A stretch of 64,000 bases of DNA from Bugula neritina. Lineage: Eukaryota; Animalia; Bryozoa. The position numbers and the translations under genes were made by a program. Below, in pieces: positions 1 through 14,177 of this stretch. Under the pieces are notes generated by a model that was not told the DNA's origin, searched no databases, and was given only the letters and a program-made list of their open reading frames with translations. Location of the stretch: the NCBI GenBank assembly GCA_964035545.1, contig OZ037765.1, forward strand, positions 22,133,504 to 22,197,503, in the 5' to 3' direction. Within the stretch, counting starts at the first letter, position 1, and each line of letters starts with the position of its first letter.

Positions 1-1429
1 TCTCCAAGTCTCACTGATCATTGATGGCAACCTGAGTTTGGTGAAGTTCGCTATTCTAAAAGTATAGCCTTATCAACAAATTTGGTTTTGCAAAATATGG
101 GAAAACTTCGATATATTCAATTATACATAGACATTATTCTTAGACCCAAGAACCCAGGTTAGTGCTTTACCATATCCATTAGTAACATTATAATAAATAA
201 CATGAGAAGACAAAAACGAAGTTACTAAAAGGCGGAATATTAATAATTAAAGGGTGGATGATTTAAGAGCAAAACTACCCCGAGTAATAAAAAAGGTTTT
301 GTTCCCAGCCCTTCTCCATAAATTGGTCACTCGCATATGCTTTTAATGTCGAAGAATAATTGCTTTACATTTTTTAAAGAAAGTGAGTTGTATTTCTTGC
401 ACAAGCAAAGTTTACAGAAAATGAATAATGCACTCTTCAATCACTATAATTGAGAGCAGAAATATATTAGCTACTTGCGTGGCATTGTTTCTGTTGTTAA
501 AAATTCAACATTGTTTTATATTCACATTACAAAACTTGAAAGCTTTAGGCACATAATTAATTTTTATAATTAAAATTTGAACACTTTGTGCGTCATCTGA
601 TAATTTCTTTATTATGATAGAAAAATAAATTAAACAAACATAAAAGCACACCAACAAAATTTCTAGCAATTTTTTGTCAAGAAAATATTATACAATCTTC
701 AAGAGTTGAAACAATAGGAACTCAATCACATTATTGGTGGTAAAGAAATAGTAGCAAAATATATCCATTAACAAATGATATAACCTAACAGAATTGTCCA
801 AAACTTCAAATCAATACATTTGTAGAAATTATTTAATATAATTGAGGTTATAGTTAGCTACACAGCGCACAAAATATCCTGTTGGCAACAGTTGAAAACA
901 AAATAGTAACACAAAATTACCTATAACATCAGTATATCATCAGATGCAGAAATAATGTGGAATACTCAAACAATTAACACGAACTTTATACAACTAATGT
1001 AATGTTTAGGAATATATTTCAAACATTAAAAACTTATACGTAATAAATAGACTGTGACAAGTTACATTGCTAAAGGGAGTTTTTTTACAGTATTAAAATA
1101 TAACTCAAAGATTGTAGCACTACTAACATACTAGGTAAATATGCAATTTCTCCATACCCTAGGAGAGGCTCTTACACGCACTTTCTGTGTACTGATAGGC
1201 GTTTGGTCTTTGAAAACTTAAAAATTTTCTAGTTTCTCTTATTGTTTATATAGACAATAAAAGAAATTAAGCCCACATATATTTTATTTAAAAAATTATC
1301 TAAATTTCAACCCTAAGCAAACAAGTAGGTTGCTATGACTCGTTATATACCACATTGCAAGAGGAGATAATTCTCATATAAAGAGGTAATCTATTAGAAA
1401 CAGAAAGGATACTAATAATTAAATGCAGT

Positions 1430-4400
1430 TTACAAAATGCCATCACATGAAATGCAGTTTGGTGCACATTGCTTCATTTTGGAAGTATAACTCTCAATAC
1501 CTCTAGCAAACAACTTCACCAGCTGACAGTGGACTCTACAAAGAAATTAATATATTTTATATACTAACTTAGCGATAGCCCAAAATAACCAAAAGAAGAC
1601 ATACATCACATAAAAACCATAAACTATATGGTTTTATTTTTTTTCCAGTTGAAGACACCAAATTTGGTAGTAAAATTTGAAAGCATGAAAAACGTTCTAA
1701 TTTAAATGAACATCTCAACATTTACCTAACATCAATATTTGGTTCTTCAATGATTTCCCCATCACAGTTCCAGCTGCTAACTGGTAAGGGAGTTGTTTTC
1801 TCAACGTTTTCTAATCGATGAAATGAGGTGCTGACTTGAGAGCTACCTGTAGTGCCCTGCGCTGGCACTCTCACCTTGAATGCCTTCACTCTCATTACAT
1901 CCACAAATCCAAAGTCAAACTAAAAATCACAAAACGCCAGCTGCTTGAAAAATAACAAAAACAAAATTAAAAGGCTAAACCAGCAAACAATGAAGCCTTA
2001 AAAATGGTGAGTAAAATGTAGAAAGCTAAACATAAAATTATTAAAAGGTCAGTAATATGGATATCTACAAGTTTGTTATGAGTTACATGAAGCTACAATA
2101 TTACAGTGAGACAAAGTATCAATGTGCATTGAACAGGAAGCATTGGCACCAGAACTAAATTAAAATGATTGACAAAATAAGGTTAGCCTGGACATACTTG
2201 ACTTGAGGTTTTAGTGGTAATTCTAATGAGATGTCTGAGGTAATTGAACCTGGATGCATCATAGACAAGAACCAAATCTGTAGAGCCGTCACCAAGGTGA
2301 CAGGCAGGTGATACGCCTTCGGGTACTGTAGAGCACTTGCAGCTTATTGTCAGTGCATTTATACCTGCAACGGCCCAACTAAATAAGTTATAAAAAGTAG
2401 TCGCTATGTTCACCTCAAATAAATTGTATTCGTAATACAACATGAATTTCCACTTATACCTAATGGAGAAGTGACATCTTATAAAACCATTATTCATATA
2501 ATGTCCTTTTCACATCAACACTAAACTGAATTTCATTAAACTTAAAAGTCAATTTAGCAGTAAATGACAGAATGAATACATGATGCAAGCAATATCACTA
2601 ACTGCTAGTAAAAAGTGAATGCTTAACTACACCCTAGATTTCTATGAACTAGTACAGCCTAGTCTAATACCTGAGCATGATAGACTAAAGGTAACACACG
2701 TGATAGATATACAGACGTTGCACTATATCATAATATGTTAGTAATAGAGCTTATATCAGCGGTAGAATGAACTAGAATCTTACCAATAAACTTCCCGGAA
2801 GCCGTTTGCCACGCATCAGGTGACACACCACTGAGCGTGCTGATCGGCCGACTAGCTATACTAATATTAGTCATACTCGTAGATAAAGTTTTATACATCA
2901 CAGATATGTCATCGCCATCCAGTTCTGTACAAAAAAAGTCACCGAATTGAACCAAAAATAATTTTTTAAAGAGAAAATTTACACTGACTTTTCTTTCCAA
3001 CAGCTATTAATATTTCCTGCTTTGAACTAACTTTTCAAAAAAGATTTCCACATACTATTCAACATGTGTCTGAGCAAGACATTGACAGAACCACATTAAT
3101 CTCAGCCAAAAATGAGTAATTAATCTTAATCTTAATGCAAAAGAAACATAACAATAAGTACCAGGCGTTGTTGGGATCAAACTGCATGCTGTATCACTTA
3201 TTGCTGATGGATCCAGACTCAGGGAACCATTTAGATCCAGCAGTGAGGCAGATTTGCACACCTGGCAGCTACCAAAAGCACAGCCAATACAATTCAAACA
3301 TGACTAACAAAATACTTAGCAGAGAAGAAAATGCTTGCCTCTTTTAAATTTGAATTTGCAGTTTTCACCATTCTAGCTGTACTACCTGGTACATGCAACA
3401 ACTGACCAGTGCCTGGTTTTAGAAAAAGGTGGTATAGTGCAGAATAAGATCTTTTCAGATTTGATTCAATGTTGCTTGATAAATGTAAACTAAGGGTTAA
3501 AACTTGATTTAAATGTAAATATTGCAAAACAAATAAGAGCAGCTATAAAATAAAATTATATTTAAAGTATTATACTGAGTGTAAGTGATGCTTTTACAGA
3601 GTAAATCTACTGCTAAAAACAAGGAGAAGTAAATATATAGATTATACTTTATTATGAGAATTTGTTTGAAATAGTGGGTGCTTACTATAAAATTAGTCCA
3701 ATGCATTACTCAATTCATTAAAATTGTAAACCAGGATTAAAAACTCACTATGCATATTTATTTTAGATAAACTTTGGTTAAAAACAACTTTAATTCTTAC
3801 AGAGAAAATAAATTTGGTCAATAATTTTTCCAACTGGCATTTATTTCCTTCACTGACATGTATATTTTAAACTTTTAGAATCCCAACTCATCTCCTAATA
3901 TTAGAATGCACTAAATTGCAGTTAATGGCTTTCCATTTTTAGAAGTTCATTTAGAATTAGATCAAACCGCCAAAATAAAGCAAAGTGAGCCATATAAACC
4001 CAAACTCGTCCTTATATTGTCTGTAAAAAGCAAAAAGTCACTTTTATTGTTCAAAATATGAATACATTTAGCATCTAAATCTAATGAAATATTATATTAC
4101 ATTGAGTGTGAGTAATTTGAGACATAGAATAAGACATGGACTTAAAAAAACAGGTGATTTGAAATCTAACCCATTATATTATAGTTATGAAATTGGTGAG
4201 GAAATAACATACCCTGAATAGCACCTTAATCCATCTTCCAGGCCAGGGTGATGGTTGTCTTGTAGAGACTGGGACGGTAAATAACTTATCATAGCGTCAT
4301 ACGAACGGTTTTTCAGAAACGTTCTGAAGCCGCTATAATCATATCTATAAATAAATCATGAAATATTGAAAAAATGAATTGCAGATAACACACGACTATA

Positions 4401-7400
4401 TTGAGAACCATATCAAACCATGAAACTAGATGACTGCTATAGCAAGGGTAAATTCATACGAGATGTTTGCCAAATCAGGTTGTTACAGTGAAATGAGTTA
4501 TTAGCAAATAGTAATTAGTTATCAGTTAAATGAGTTGTGAGCGAGTAGTAATTAGTAATCAGTCAAACCACTGTTACCTCACAGGACCCATCCATCTCAG
4601 GTTCTCGCTGTCTCTCAGTACATCTCCATAGAAACCATATCCCAACATAGACACACAGAAACGTATAAGTTTGCCAGTCAGTCCATTTCTCACGGAGCAG
4701 ACGTCAATGGCCATACTGTCACCAACAACGATGTGTAATGCAGACGTTACTGCATCGTTAATACCAGTTGTGCAGTATGCTACAGTGTCAGTTGAGCCTG
4801 AAATTTATTGAGTAATTCATTATCAGACAATCACTCTAATGTCAAATATTTCTAGCAGCACTTGAATGTTTATATAAATCTGCAAACAGTATATCGCTGC
4901 AACGGTATATTTGTTTACTATTCTCAGCTGCATTTTAATATTTGTTTTACAAGCCCTGCATCATTTTCATTCTACACAGGTGAATTATGGAACAACTTCA
5001 ACTCCACTGACAAAAGCTTCCTTCCCAAAACTTTTCCTATGATTAAATGTTGTGTTAAATGCTGTCTGTATATAGCAAAAAGCACCCCCACCACCACTCC
5101 CCCCCCCCCCCGTATATGATAGCCAATATATGAAGAGATGAAGGCTACTATGGCACTACCACTGCATTGACATACAGTAATATGGATAAAATATGCCAAT
5201 CAATAGCTAATTCTTGTATTGTAAGCTGTCCTGGTGCTACTAGTTCTTGACTATCAGGTGACTTGTCACTGGAAGAAGGAGAAGACAACACAAATACTTG
5301 ACTGGAATATTTTCCATATTACTGCAAAAGAGTGTTTCTCAAAAAATTAAAGTCTAGAGAAAAAAGACGGAGATCAGGAAAGATTTAGACTAACAGCACC
5401 CAAGTAAGCGGGGGGGGGGGAGTCTATGTGAGTCTAACAGATATATGGTGCTAGGAGGTGAGAACTTATGGAAATCGCTTGAAGCACCGCAAAGTTGGGG
5501 TCACTGAGTGCAGTGGAGTTCGGAGAACTATGCGTATACAAACACTTCTCTCATTGACCCCGAGCTTTGTGCTGCATCTAGCAATTCTCGAGAAGCTGTA
5601 GGGCTGGGAAAGACAACAGAGGAAACTGGCTACAAACCGGCAGGGATTACTCCTATTCGCATGGGAGGCTGCATTAACCTCGAGTTACAGTCATCTAGAT
5701 CAACTCTCATCCGAGTGTTGTGTAGATTAATTACTCCGTTCAGAAGTTCGGCAAACATCCCGTCACCACCAACACAAACTATTCTGTAACCACAAATAAC
5801 AAATAATCAAACAATTAAAACAATGAACAGTAGATTATTTAATAAAATACTCCCATGCAAGCAATATCCCATCTGCATAGCAATGTTGCCTGGAAGGAAC
5901 TGCTTAATACGGAGAATTGCAATGTAGATATGTCTTGTATATCATAGCATTGTTGAACAAGCACACTGTCTTAGACTTATTTACAGTGAAGACTATAATG
6001 TAGATGTTTAGAGTTACTAGAAGTAGTAACTAAGAGATTATATCTCCTCACCCATCATATCTGTTGAGATCACGTGACTGTATATATTCCTTGGCGTGGT
6101 CAGCTCTTTCAGTAACTGTATAATAATAGAGGGATGAGCATTGCCAGTAGGAGCCATGCAATGCATAAGGTACAACGCAATTATCATTACATTAACTACT
6201 TGCCCAACCTCTTTAGTAAAACCTGCTTCCTTATATTTCATTTATTAATTCATCCAGTTAATCACAGGCACAGTGACTGGGTAGTTATAATTAGGGAATA
6301 ATATTAGTCAAAAACAACTATTAATCAACTACTTCAGCTAGTCTTTATACTGCAATGTTTCCCAGAGGAGGTGCTTATGTATCCATAGCAGTAATTGATG
6401 ATAATATAAAGAGATAGCCTCATGCTATAATATGATCATTTACTGCATTTAGTAAATCAATTACATAGCGAGACACAACGACATCATACACATTTATACG
6501 TTGATAACACATACATACAGGCAGATGTGAATAACATGATAGTAAATGAACTGCCCTATTGACCAGCATTGGTCACTAAAGAACTACAATGACCCTTGCA
6601 AGCATGGTTATCAAGGGATGAGAGCAGTGTGTGTCTGAACAAGTGGTACATACTAATCACGTGACTGGTGATGCCGGCCAAATCAAAGATGGCAGCTACT
6701 TTCTCATCAAATATCTTCTTAGCTTTTCTTTTCCCACCGTAAGGATTGATAAAAACTAGGAGTGACTTTGGTCTGTTGGTGTCTAAAAATAAACAAACAT
6801 TATGTAGCAGCTGCTGACAAACAAAGTATATACATTGCCTAAAGAATATGTTATAAAGCCATTACTACTGGTAGCTGCTGAATTAAACTGCAATAGATGT
6901 AATTAATCATCTAATAATTCAAGTGTCAACACTGTATTATGGCTAATGCTCTCCTTTTTGGTAGTACAATAACTAGGAAAATGCACCAGCAGAAAAGCTT
7001 CATAAATAGATGGCACTTTGCCAGAAGCATGGCAGCTCAACAATATTTACTTGGCACAAACACCTATAGTAGAAGGCAAATGCTGATCATGATATACCTA
7101 ATACAACAAGTAGGTACGTGACTGTGAAATGAAACGCAAAAATGTATCCCATGATTTTACCTTCAGCAACTCTACTTTACAACATACTGTGTTTTATCTA
7201 GGCAACCAACTTTCAGTTTACAGTATAAATTGTCCAACTCCTCTAATGACTATATAAAACTTTTTTTTTTCAAATAGTAAAGAAGCTACTTAAAACTTAT
7301 TAATTTAGCTTTCCTCTTGTGATATTTTTAGATGATGCACAACTAAGCTGATGGCAAATTTATAGTAATAATATTTCATTACAAAAGAATATTTGACCAG

Positions 7401-8054
7401 TAAATTAATATGGTTTAGCATTGCTTACATTTCTCTAGTAGCGAGCGAATAGTGTCGACCCAAAGGGCACACTGTGCACTGTTAGAGCAGTGCAACTCCA
7501 CAGCTTTCATTCTCCAGACGTATTTAGGAACTCGCTTTATGATGTAGAGCCTGAAGATGGAGGAGTTGAGAGAAACCATTTCCATGTCACCATCTTCTGT
7601 CTGTTTGGACGCTCTCTCCACATACTCGACAGCGATGACTTCTTCTATTGGGACTTTGTTTTCTGTAAAATATTGAATAATCATTAATTTTATGCAAAAT
7701 GCCCATTCAAAAATGTTTTGTAATTTAAGACAACCATGCAAAAATGCATGACTCACAATGAGAAACCTAATATTTCATTTCATGCAATGGTATGCATGTA
7801 TAATGCAATATTTATGGTGCTTTTACAGAATCCTAATGACATTGTTACAAGTACAAACTTATGTCATTAACAAATTGCAAAGACTTACTACATGTCCAAT
7901 TTTTCTTTTCCTTGTTACTAAACGGCTGTTTCTTTTTGTAGTTCCACGAAATATGTTTATTATTCAACTTGACGTTAAAAGGTTTGTTGGCGAGTGTGAG
8001 GACATCCTCTAAATTGACCTCTGAACTTGAGACTCCCTCTAGACTAGGGGCCAT
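1430..8054 (-). CDS. CERK: Ceramide kinase (N-terminal PH-like region + DAGK-type catalytic domain), ~601 aa, 12 coding exons
   Basis: Exons (minus): 7889-8054, 7429-7662, 6654-6782, 6052-6115, 5638-5783, 4578-4797, 4213-4344, 3162-3268, 2784-2924, 2198-2364, 1726-1919, 1430-1535. All introns GT-AG, phases consistent, total 1806 nt. CERK motifs: RPKSLLVFINPYGGK, VCVGGDGMFAE, RIGVIPAGSTD, GYGFYGDVLRDSENLRWMGPVRYD, CQVC, SPACHLGDGSTDL, SSWNCDGE, RVHCQLVKLFARGIE. Confidence 0.95.
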
Positions 8055-8701
8055 GTTTATAAGTGCTGTACATTAGACATACAGCTAAGAAGTGGCTGGA
8101 GGTTCACTTACTGCAAATAAAGTTATATTCATGTAGGAAGAGTTATGCATCTGGATGGTTTGAATGAAATAACTATTTTTATTGCAATGTTGAAAAAATA
8201 TTTTGAAAAAAGTCTTTTTTTAAATTAATGGAACGGTAAATAAGTACTTAAAGTAGCAATATTGAAAAAAATAATTGTGTGAATGTATTTTTTGTTGGAT
8301 GACTTGTCAATTTTATTATATATTTTAAAATTCAAAATAAACATATTGGTAAGCAATAATGTGAACAAAATAAGTAAGTACAATGGAAAAAGAGGCTTGT
8401 TTGATTTGATTTACGGTCAGTGAAGGTAATAAACAAACAAATTACATTGAGAACATAAAAGTTTCAAAGCAGATTAATAGATAATCATCCATATTGATAT
8501 ATTTTGCAGGCCTAAAAATTACTAAAAGTTTAAAACTAAAAAGTAGATTTAATTATAACTTAAACTGAGTATCTATACAAAATCCTTAAATTTTCAAATT
8601 AAAGTTACTTACTAACAGTAACAAGGATTCAAATTTATTTAATGCAATATATAATCATTCAATCACAGTTACTGGTAATAAACACACGACATACACTATA
8701 C

Positions 8702-9031
8702 CAGGGGTGTTCAACCTGTTCAGAGCGAGGGCCACTGAATAGGAATATTCTATGATGAGGGCCCATTGTGAAATTTATCTTGGGCTAGGGGAGGGAGGCC
8801 ACACCATCAGTAATTTTCAAATAACTTAATTCTAAATTCCTATGAATAATCACACAATGAAGTCCCAAGAATTACTGCATGGCTGCATGTTTTAGCACAT
8901 ATTATATAATATAAAATTGAGACATTTAAAAGGTGTATTTCCCACTTTAATTCATTTACATGCTTTTGAGGGCCACATAAATGTAGGCTGGGGCCACATC
9001 CGGCCCTGGGGCCGCCTGTTGGACAGCTCTG
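8702..9031. mobile_element. Non-autonomous hAT (Charlie-like) DNA transposon / MITE, 330 bp
   Basis: Imperfect TIRs CAGGGGTGTTCAAC ... GTTGGACAGCTCTG, with a GGCCC-TG-GGGCCGC subterminal motif. Exact 8-bp target-site duplication CACTATAC at 8694-8701 and 9032-9039; 8-bp TSDs are a hAT hallmark. Confidence 0.9.
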
Positions 9032-10497
9032 CACTATACAGATAGAATTTTTAAAAAGTTTTAGAAAAGAGTTACTATAGCTAAAACTGAAGAAAATATT
9101 TAGCATGCATTTATCTTACATCATACATATTACATGTAAAATTGAAAATACATTTTAGTCCCCACAGGCAGCAGCACTTATAGAAATGCTACAAAACTTT
9201 TGAAGTACTAAACTCTAAAATAATAATCTTTACATTGACGGTATACCTATCCATTATTATGGTATAAATGCTGCATATACTTTATTGGACTTTGAAAAAC
9301 TGATTAAATGACAAAAAAACCATGCTACAGCTTTATGCAAGAAGTATTTTTGATATAAGGTGTACAGCATTTCATACAAACTAATATTATATGTTAAAAC
9401 TAAACTTCTATAAAATGTTAGACATAGAAACTCCCTCTAGTTAATTGAACTTTTTCCTAGTCTGAGAAAACATCTGAAGCAATAGGTATGGCCACTTAAG
9501 AAGCTGGTTTATTACTAATAGCTATAGTAAATATTAATCCTAGTATAAGCATTAAAATATTAACACTGAGGATGCAGTTGTTAATATTAATAGGATGTTA
9601 ATAGGGTAGATAATAGGATGGCTTAAGTCTTTCTTTTGTTAATGATAGACACAGCTTGATTAGTAAAATATGATTAATATCATAGTGATAATGAGAAAGA
9701 AAAAGAAAAGCACTCTGGATAAAAAACTAGTTAACTAGTTACTTAGATGTAAAAATTTAAAATGAACCTCAGCCGCCCACACTTATTTATAAACTAAGAG
9801 TAAATGAAGTGCGCAGACAAAGTTCAAGTTGAAACATTTTAGATTCAGTCTTTCAATAATTAATTTTCATCAATGTTCAGCAACAAAGTTAATATATTCA
9901 TTATGATTAACTACATCAACCAATTTGACCAAAAAAGCAGTCCCCACCCCAAACATTTACACATCACAATAATAAATAAGCATGCGGCAAAATTAAATGT
10001 GCAAGTTACTTGTGAGCAGTACTGTATGGCTCATACATCATGACTAAATAATAAAAAAATTAGATATCAAAAACTATGTCTTCGTTAATTTATGTTGATA
10101 TATACGGAACGACCTATCAGCTGTGTAAAAACGGCTTGAAAAAGAGGGTACAAAGCGACTTGTGTACGAAATGACCTGCAACCGTACTACTCAAGTCTCA
10201 AACCCAAACTGAAATTGACTAAAAATAAAAGTAAATCTAACTTTAAGTCTAAGAGTTAGACTTAGTCAGTTTGAATTAATATTATAATCTGAGCGAGACT
10301 TAGTGTTACTACGATTCACAGTCTAAGTGGTAGTGTTAGTGCTACTCACTACTTAGTGTTGGCCGTTGGCATTAGTGTTAAGTGTTCCTGTTAGGCCTGC
10401 AAATGCCAAATCGAAGGCAAAGCTCAAACTCAAACTGTGCAAAATGAAAGTGAAATTATTGATAAAATTAAATTTTAATCATTATTCAGCACATGCC

Positions 10498-10720
10498 GAT
10501 AGTGATACACATACTGATACTCATACTGATAGTGATAGTCATAGTGATAGTCATAGTGATAGTCATAGAGTGATATTCATACTCATAGTGATAGTGATAG
10601 AGTCATACTGATAGTGATACTGATACTCATAGTCATAGTGATAGTCATACTGATACTGATAGTGATACTCACAGTCACAGTGATACTGATAGTGATACTG
10701 ATAGTGATACTGATATTCAT
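10498..10720. repeat. Hexamer minisatellite (SATAST)n: GATAGT/GATACT/CATAGT/CATACT mixture, ~37 units
   Basis: Directly visible. Units vary mainly by G/C at two positions. It produces the spurious SHSD-repeat ORF 10366-10611. Confidence 0.95.
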
Positions 10721-11220
10721 AAAATGGTAAAGGTTGTAGTATTAGCGTATGTTCAATAGTCCATTACCACAGGATCAAGTACACTCATAGTTCATACTCT
10801 GAAAGCCAAAAGAATATCTTGGCAAACGATAACGACAATAAACAATAAAACAAGCATTAAATTTTATAATAATATGTCCAAAAGTAATGATGAAGGATGT
10901 TATTACTATGTATTGCCGCAGTAGAGCAACAAGCATTCTTGCTGACAAAAATTGTGTATAAAAAATATTCAATATTTTATAACCAAAAATATGGTAACTA
11001 TTTGTTTTTAAAACATTTTAAAATTTTTGAACAGTTCTTCTTTTGATTATTACATATAACTTTCGAAGTAGAGTCTAGCGACAGAGAATTCTTCAGTATT
11101 CCGGATGTTGAGGTGGGAACCTAAGTTTCATTTACAATTACAATAATTATTAGGTTTTTTACATTAGTTGTAACGACAGCTAACATTTTTTGCTGTTCAT
11201 AACAGTTCGACAGCACAAAA
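10721..11220. promoter_or_regulatory. Putative bidirectional promoter and first-exon region shared by CERK and TBC1D22
   Basis: Non-repetitive core between divergent genes. Candidate TBC1D22 first exon ATG TTG AG|gtggga (11105-11112). Candidate CERK non-coding first-exon donor TG|GTAATG at 10768/10767 (minus). Inference only. Confidence 0.45.
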
Positions 11221-14110
11221 CTTGAAGTTGATGTGATTTTTTTAATTTGCAGCTTCATTTTGATTTGCGAAAATTCAGCATAAACTTCAGTTGAAGTTAG
11301 CAGTGGTTTTCAGTTTCACAATCACTTTCAGTTTCAGATTTAATTTTATAATTTGAATTAATTATTAAATTTAATTACTTTTAATAATTATTAATTTAAT
11401 TTTATGCAATTGATATTGGTACTGGTATTTCATTCAACTTTTATGAAAAAATTGAATGTAGCCATAGGTTAACTTTTAAGGTTTGCCTCGGTTTCTGCTT
11501 GAATTTCAACTTCAAGCGTAATTCAAATTCAAATTGGTACCAACAAGTCAAATGTGAGTCGGCGAGCTGACACTCACAGTCGGTGTCACTGTCAACAAGG
11601 GCAGGTGACATTTTACGACCTAGTTTTTTGTGCATAGCATGTCCCAGGACACTGACGGCAACATTGTCAATGGTAGAGTCAAAGTGATACACAGATCAAC
11701 TGCAAACAATTCACCTAATAAACTTAAGAAAGATTGTGTTTCTAACGATTTAGGCATTGATAATTTAACTCTTAATCTTAATAAAAGGGACACTGATAAA
11801 ATATTGAACCTCGCTGCTGCTATAAGTGTAGACATATCACGGTCCATCACGGCCACCTCGTCTAACAGTACTGTTGCTTGTTCTAAGTCGACTATTACAC
11901 CTACCAGCGATAGCTATTTGCATACTAACTCTAGGCATAGGCAAAAACCTGAAGCTGAGCTTTTTGGTTTGGGAAATAGTAGTGTTTGGAAGCCCAATGC
12001 AAAGTCTTTCCCAGGGAGGTTTGTATAAAACTAAACTTAGTATATGTGTGAATGCTTAGAGTTAGCCAGAGTGCAAAATTTTAACTATAACAGTTGTGGG
12101 CTACTGTTTCTGCTAATGTCCTGTTAGATGTTTGATTTTCATTTTTATTTATAATAGTCATTACCAGTGTTTATAGTTCACCACCAAATAGTGTTAGGTG
12201 TGAAAATAGAGCATAAAATATAATTTATTGCTAGTAATCTCTTGCATTGTTAGCATTTTATTATACGACTGTTCTACCATCACATGAAATTATTAGCAGT
12301 AGAGTGTTTTAATTGATCTTTCTTCTGACACCTTTTCTTTCTGTATACCTATGTGTGAGCTGTGAGCTTCAACTAATTTTGTACTCTTGTTTAGTAGGCT
12401 ACTAGAAAACATACAAAGCTATGCACTTGCGTGGTTATTCATATTGTGCTGTTTTTTCCCCGTTTTTGTGGAAGTGTTTAATGCCTGGTTCACACTACAG
12501 CTAAAAGTGAATGTTAGTTGCTGCCATTGAGCTATATGCCCACAACCTATTCCATCGCAGCTATTTGGTTCTGCAGAAGCTGGCATTGCTATGCAGCGTT
12601 ATCAATGATACTAACCAGCATCAATCCTCGGCCCAAAAGCAGTTACTTTTAGCTGTAGTGTGAAGGCAATAAAATTCGCCATGGGTGCAGAAGTTGGAGA
12701 TTGTACATTCCTTATTTAACAAAATATTTTTTGTATTATGTATATATGCATATATTGAATACAAAAAGTCGGCTGCTTGACATGAATGATTATATTGTCC
12801 ATGGGGCTAGTTGTTGTAGCTGAATGCTGCTGTCTCAAAAGTATCACAAAATACAGGTCACATGTCAATTATTAAGTCATCATAGCATGATGTGAACTAA
12901 ACTGTTACTAAAATCGCTATTCTAATAGTTACTTTGAATAAATTAGGTGTTATCATGGTTTTAAATGTTTTTCTCATCAATTTTAAATGTTAAAAATTGT
13001 ATCGGTAGTACAAAAAGCAAGAGTCAGTGCTGCAGCTCTGATGTTATTAAGAAGATGCTGTATGATTTTCAATTGTGTGGGCTGTGACTATGCTTCCCTT
13101 ATGAGAGTTGAAAACTTGAAAGACTTGTGATATGAAAACTTGCCTACAGTCAAAAATTTCACTGCTACATAGATTGTGGGGTTGTCATCATTAATCACCT
13201 GTCTTTGCAGTTCACCTGGAAGCAAGATGCAAAATCTAACATACTGTTGCATACTTCATTTCATATGCTCTATACCACTACTAACGTGAATGTTGTTTCA
13301 ATGTGCTGTACTTAGAAAATACTTTTTCTAAGCAGTTGAAATACTTTTTTTAGCAATTTTAATTTGGGTTGTATATGGTTAGTCTGAGTATTTCACATTT
13401 CTATCTGATGTTAAATGAAACTTCCAAATGTGTTCACCAAGCCTTTAACCACAACCCTTTAACAGTGATCAGTTAATAGTGAATAGATAGTAATATTTTA
13501 TTGTTGTCTCTTTATATTCCAGGGTCCTAAGAGTTGCTCCTACCATTATACCATCAATTGATAGTGAAGAGCCGGAATCACTCCATAATCTCTCACAAGA
13601 GTAAGTGAAAAGCAGTTTTTCTTTGGTCTGTGAAATTATAAGCTGTAACATTGTTGCAGTCTGAGTTGCAATGTTAAATAACTTGTAAAAGCAACACAAG
13701 TTTTATTGAAGATGCTTGTTTGCACATGATTGTAGTGATGTTTTAATCATTCATTGTATCGTTTATATAAGCTTTTTATAGGTCTCAATACATTTTAGTA
13801 AAATTTGTAAAGGTGTTTTATGATTTTAAATGACTCTTCATTAACCTAGTTATACTTGTAGTATGTCTAAGACACCAAAGAAGTCTGGGAAGAGTCCTGG
13901 CATGTTCCATGATAAGTCTTCATTCCAGCAGTATGAGGAGAGCACTCTGGATGCCTGGGATGATGGCGATGATGATTTGTTAGTTCGTCTTAAACTGGAT
14001 GAAGATTATATCAAGTCCACAGCGACTAACATCATTGATCATCATAGTATGTCTACAGCCAAAAATGGTTCTGCAGATGTATCTACTGGTAAAGGTTGGT
14101 TGTTTGTATG

Positions 14111-14177
<67 letters not shown>

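Noticed and set aside
1-330. Possible minus-strand exons at the window edge (acceptor near 55, donor near 169)
   Set aside because: Too short; no recognisable protein and no consistent start codon.
10103-10185. Repeated GTACGAAATGAC-like motifs resembling a DNA-transposon subterminal end
   Set aside because: Only about three degenerate copies; no partner end or TSD found.
11630-12028. 132-aa ORF and overlapping ORFs at 10366-10611 and 11441-11856
   Set aside because: They lie in hexamer-periodic low-complexity DNA, show alternating-residue patterns, are open on both strands and have no recognisable domain or convincing splice context.
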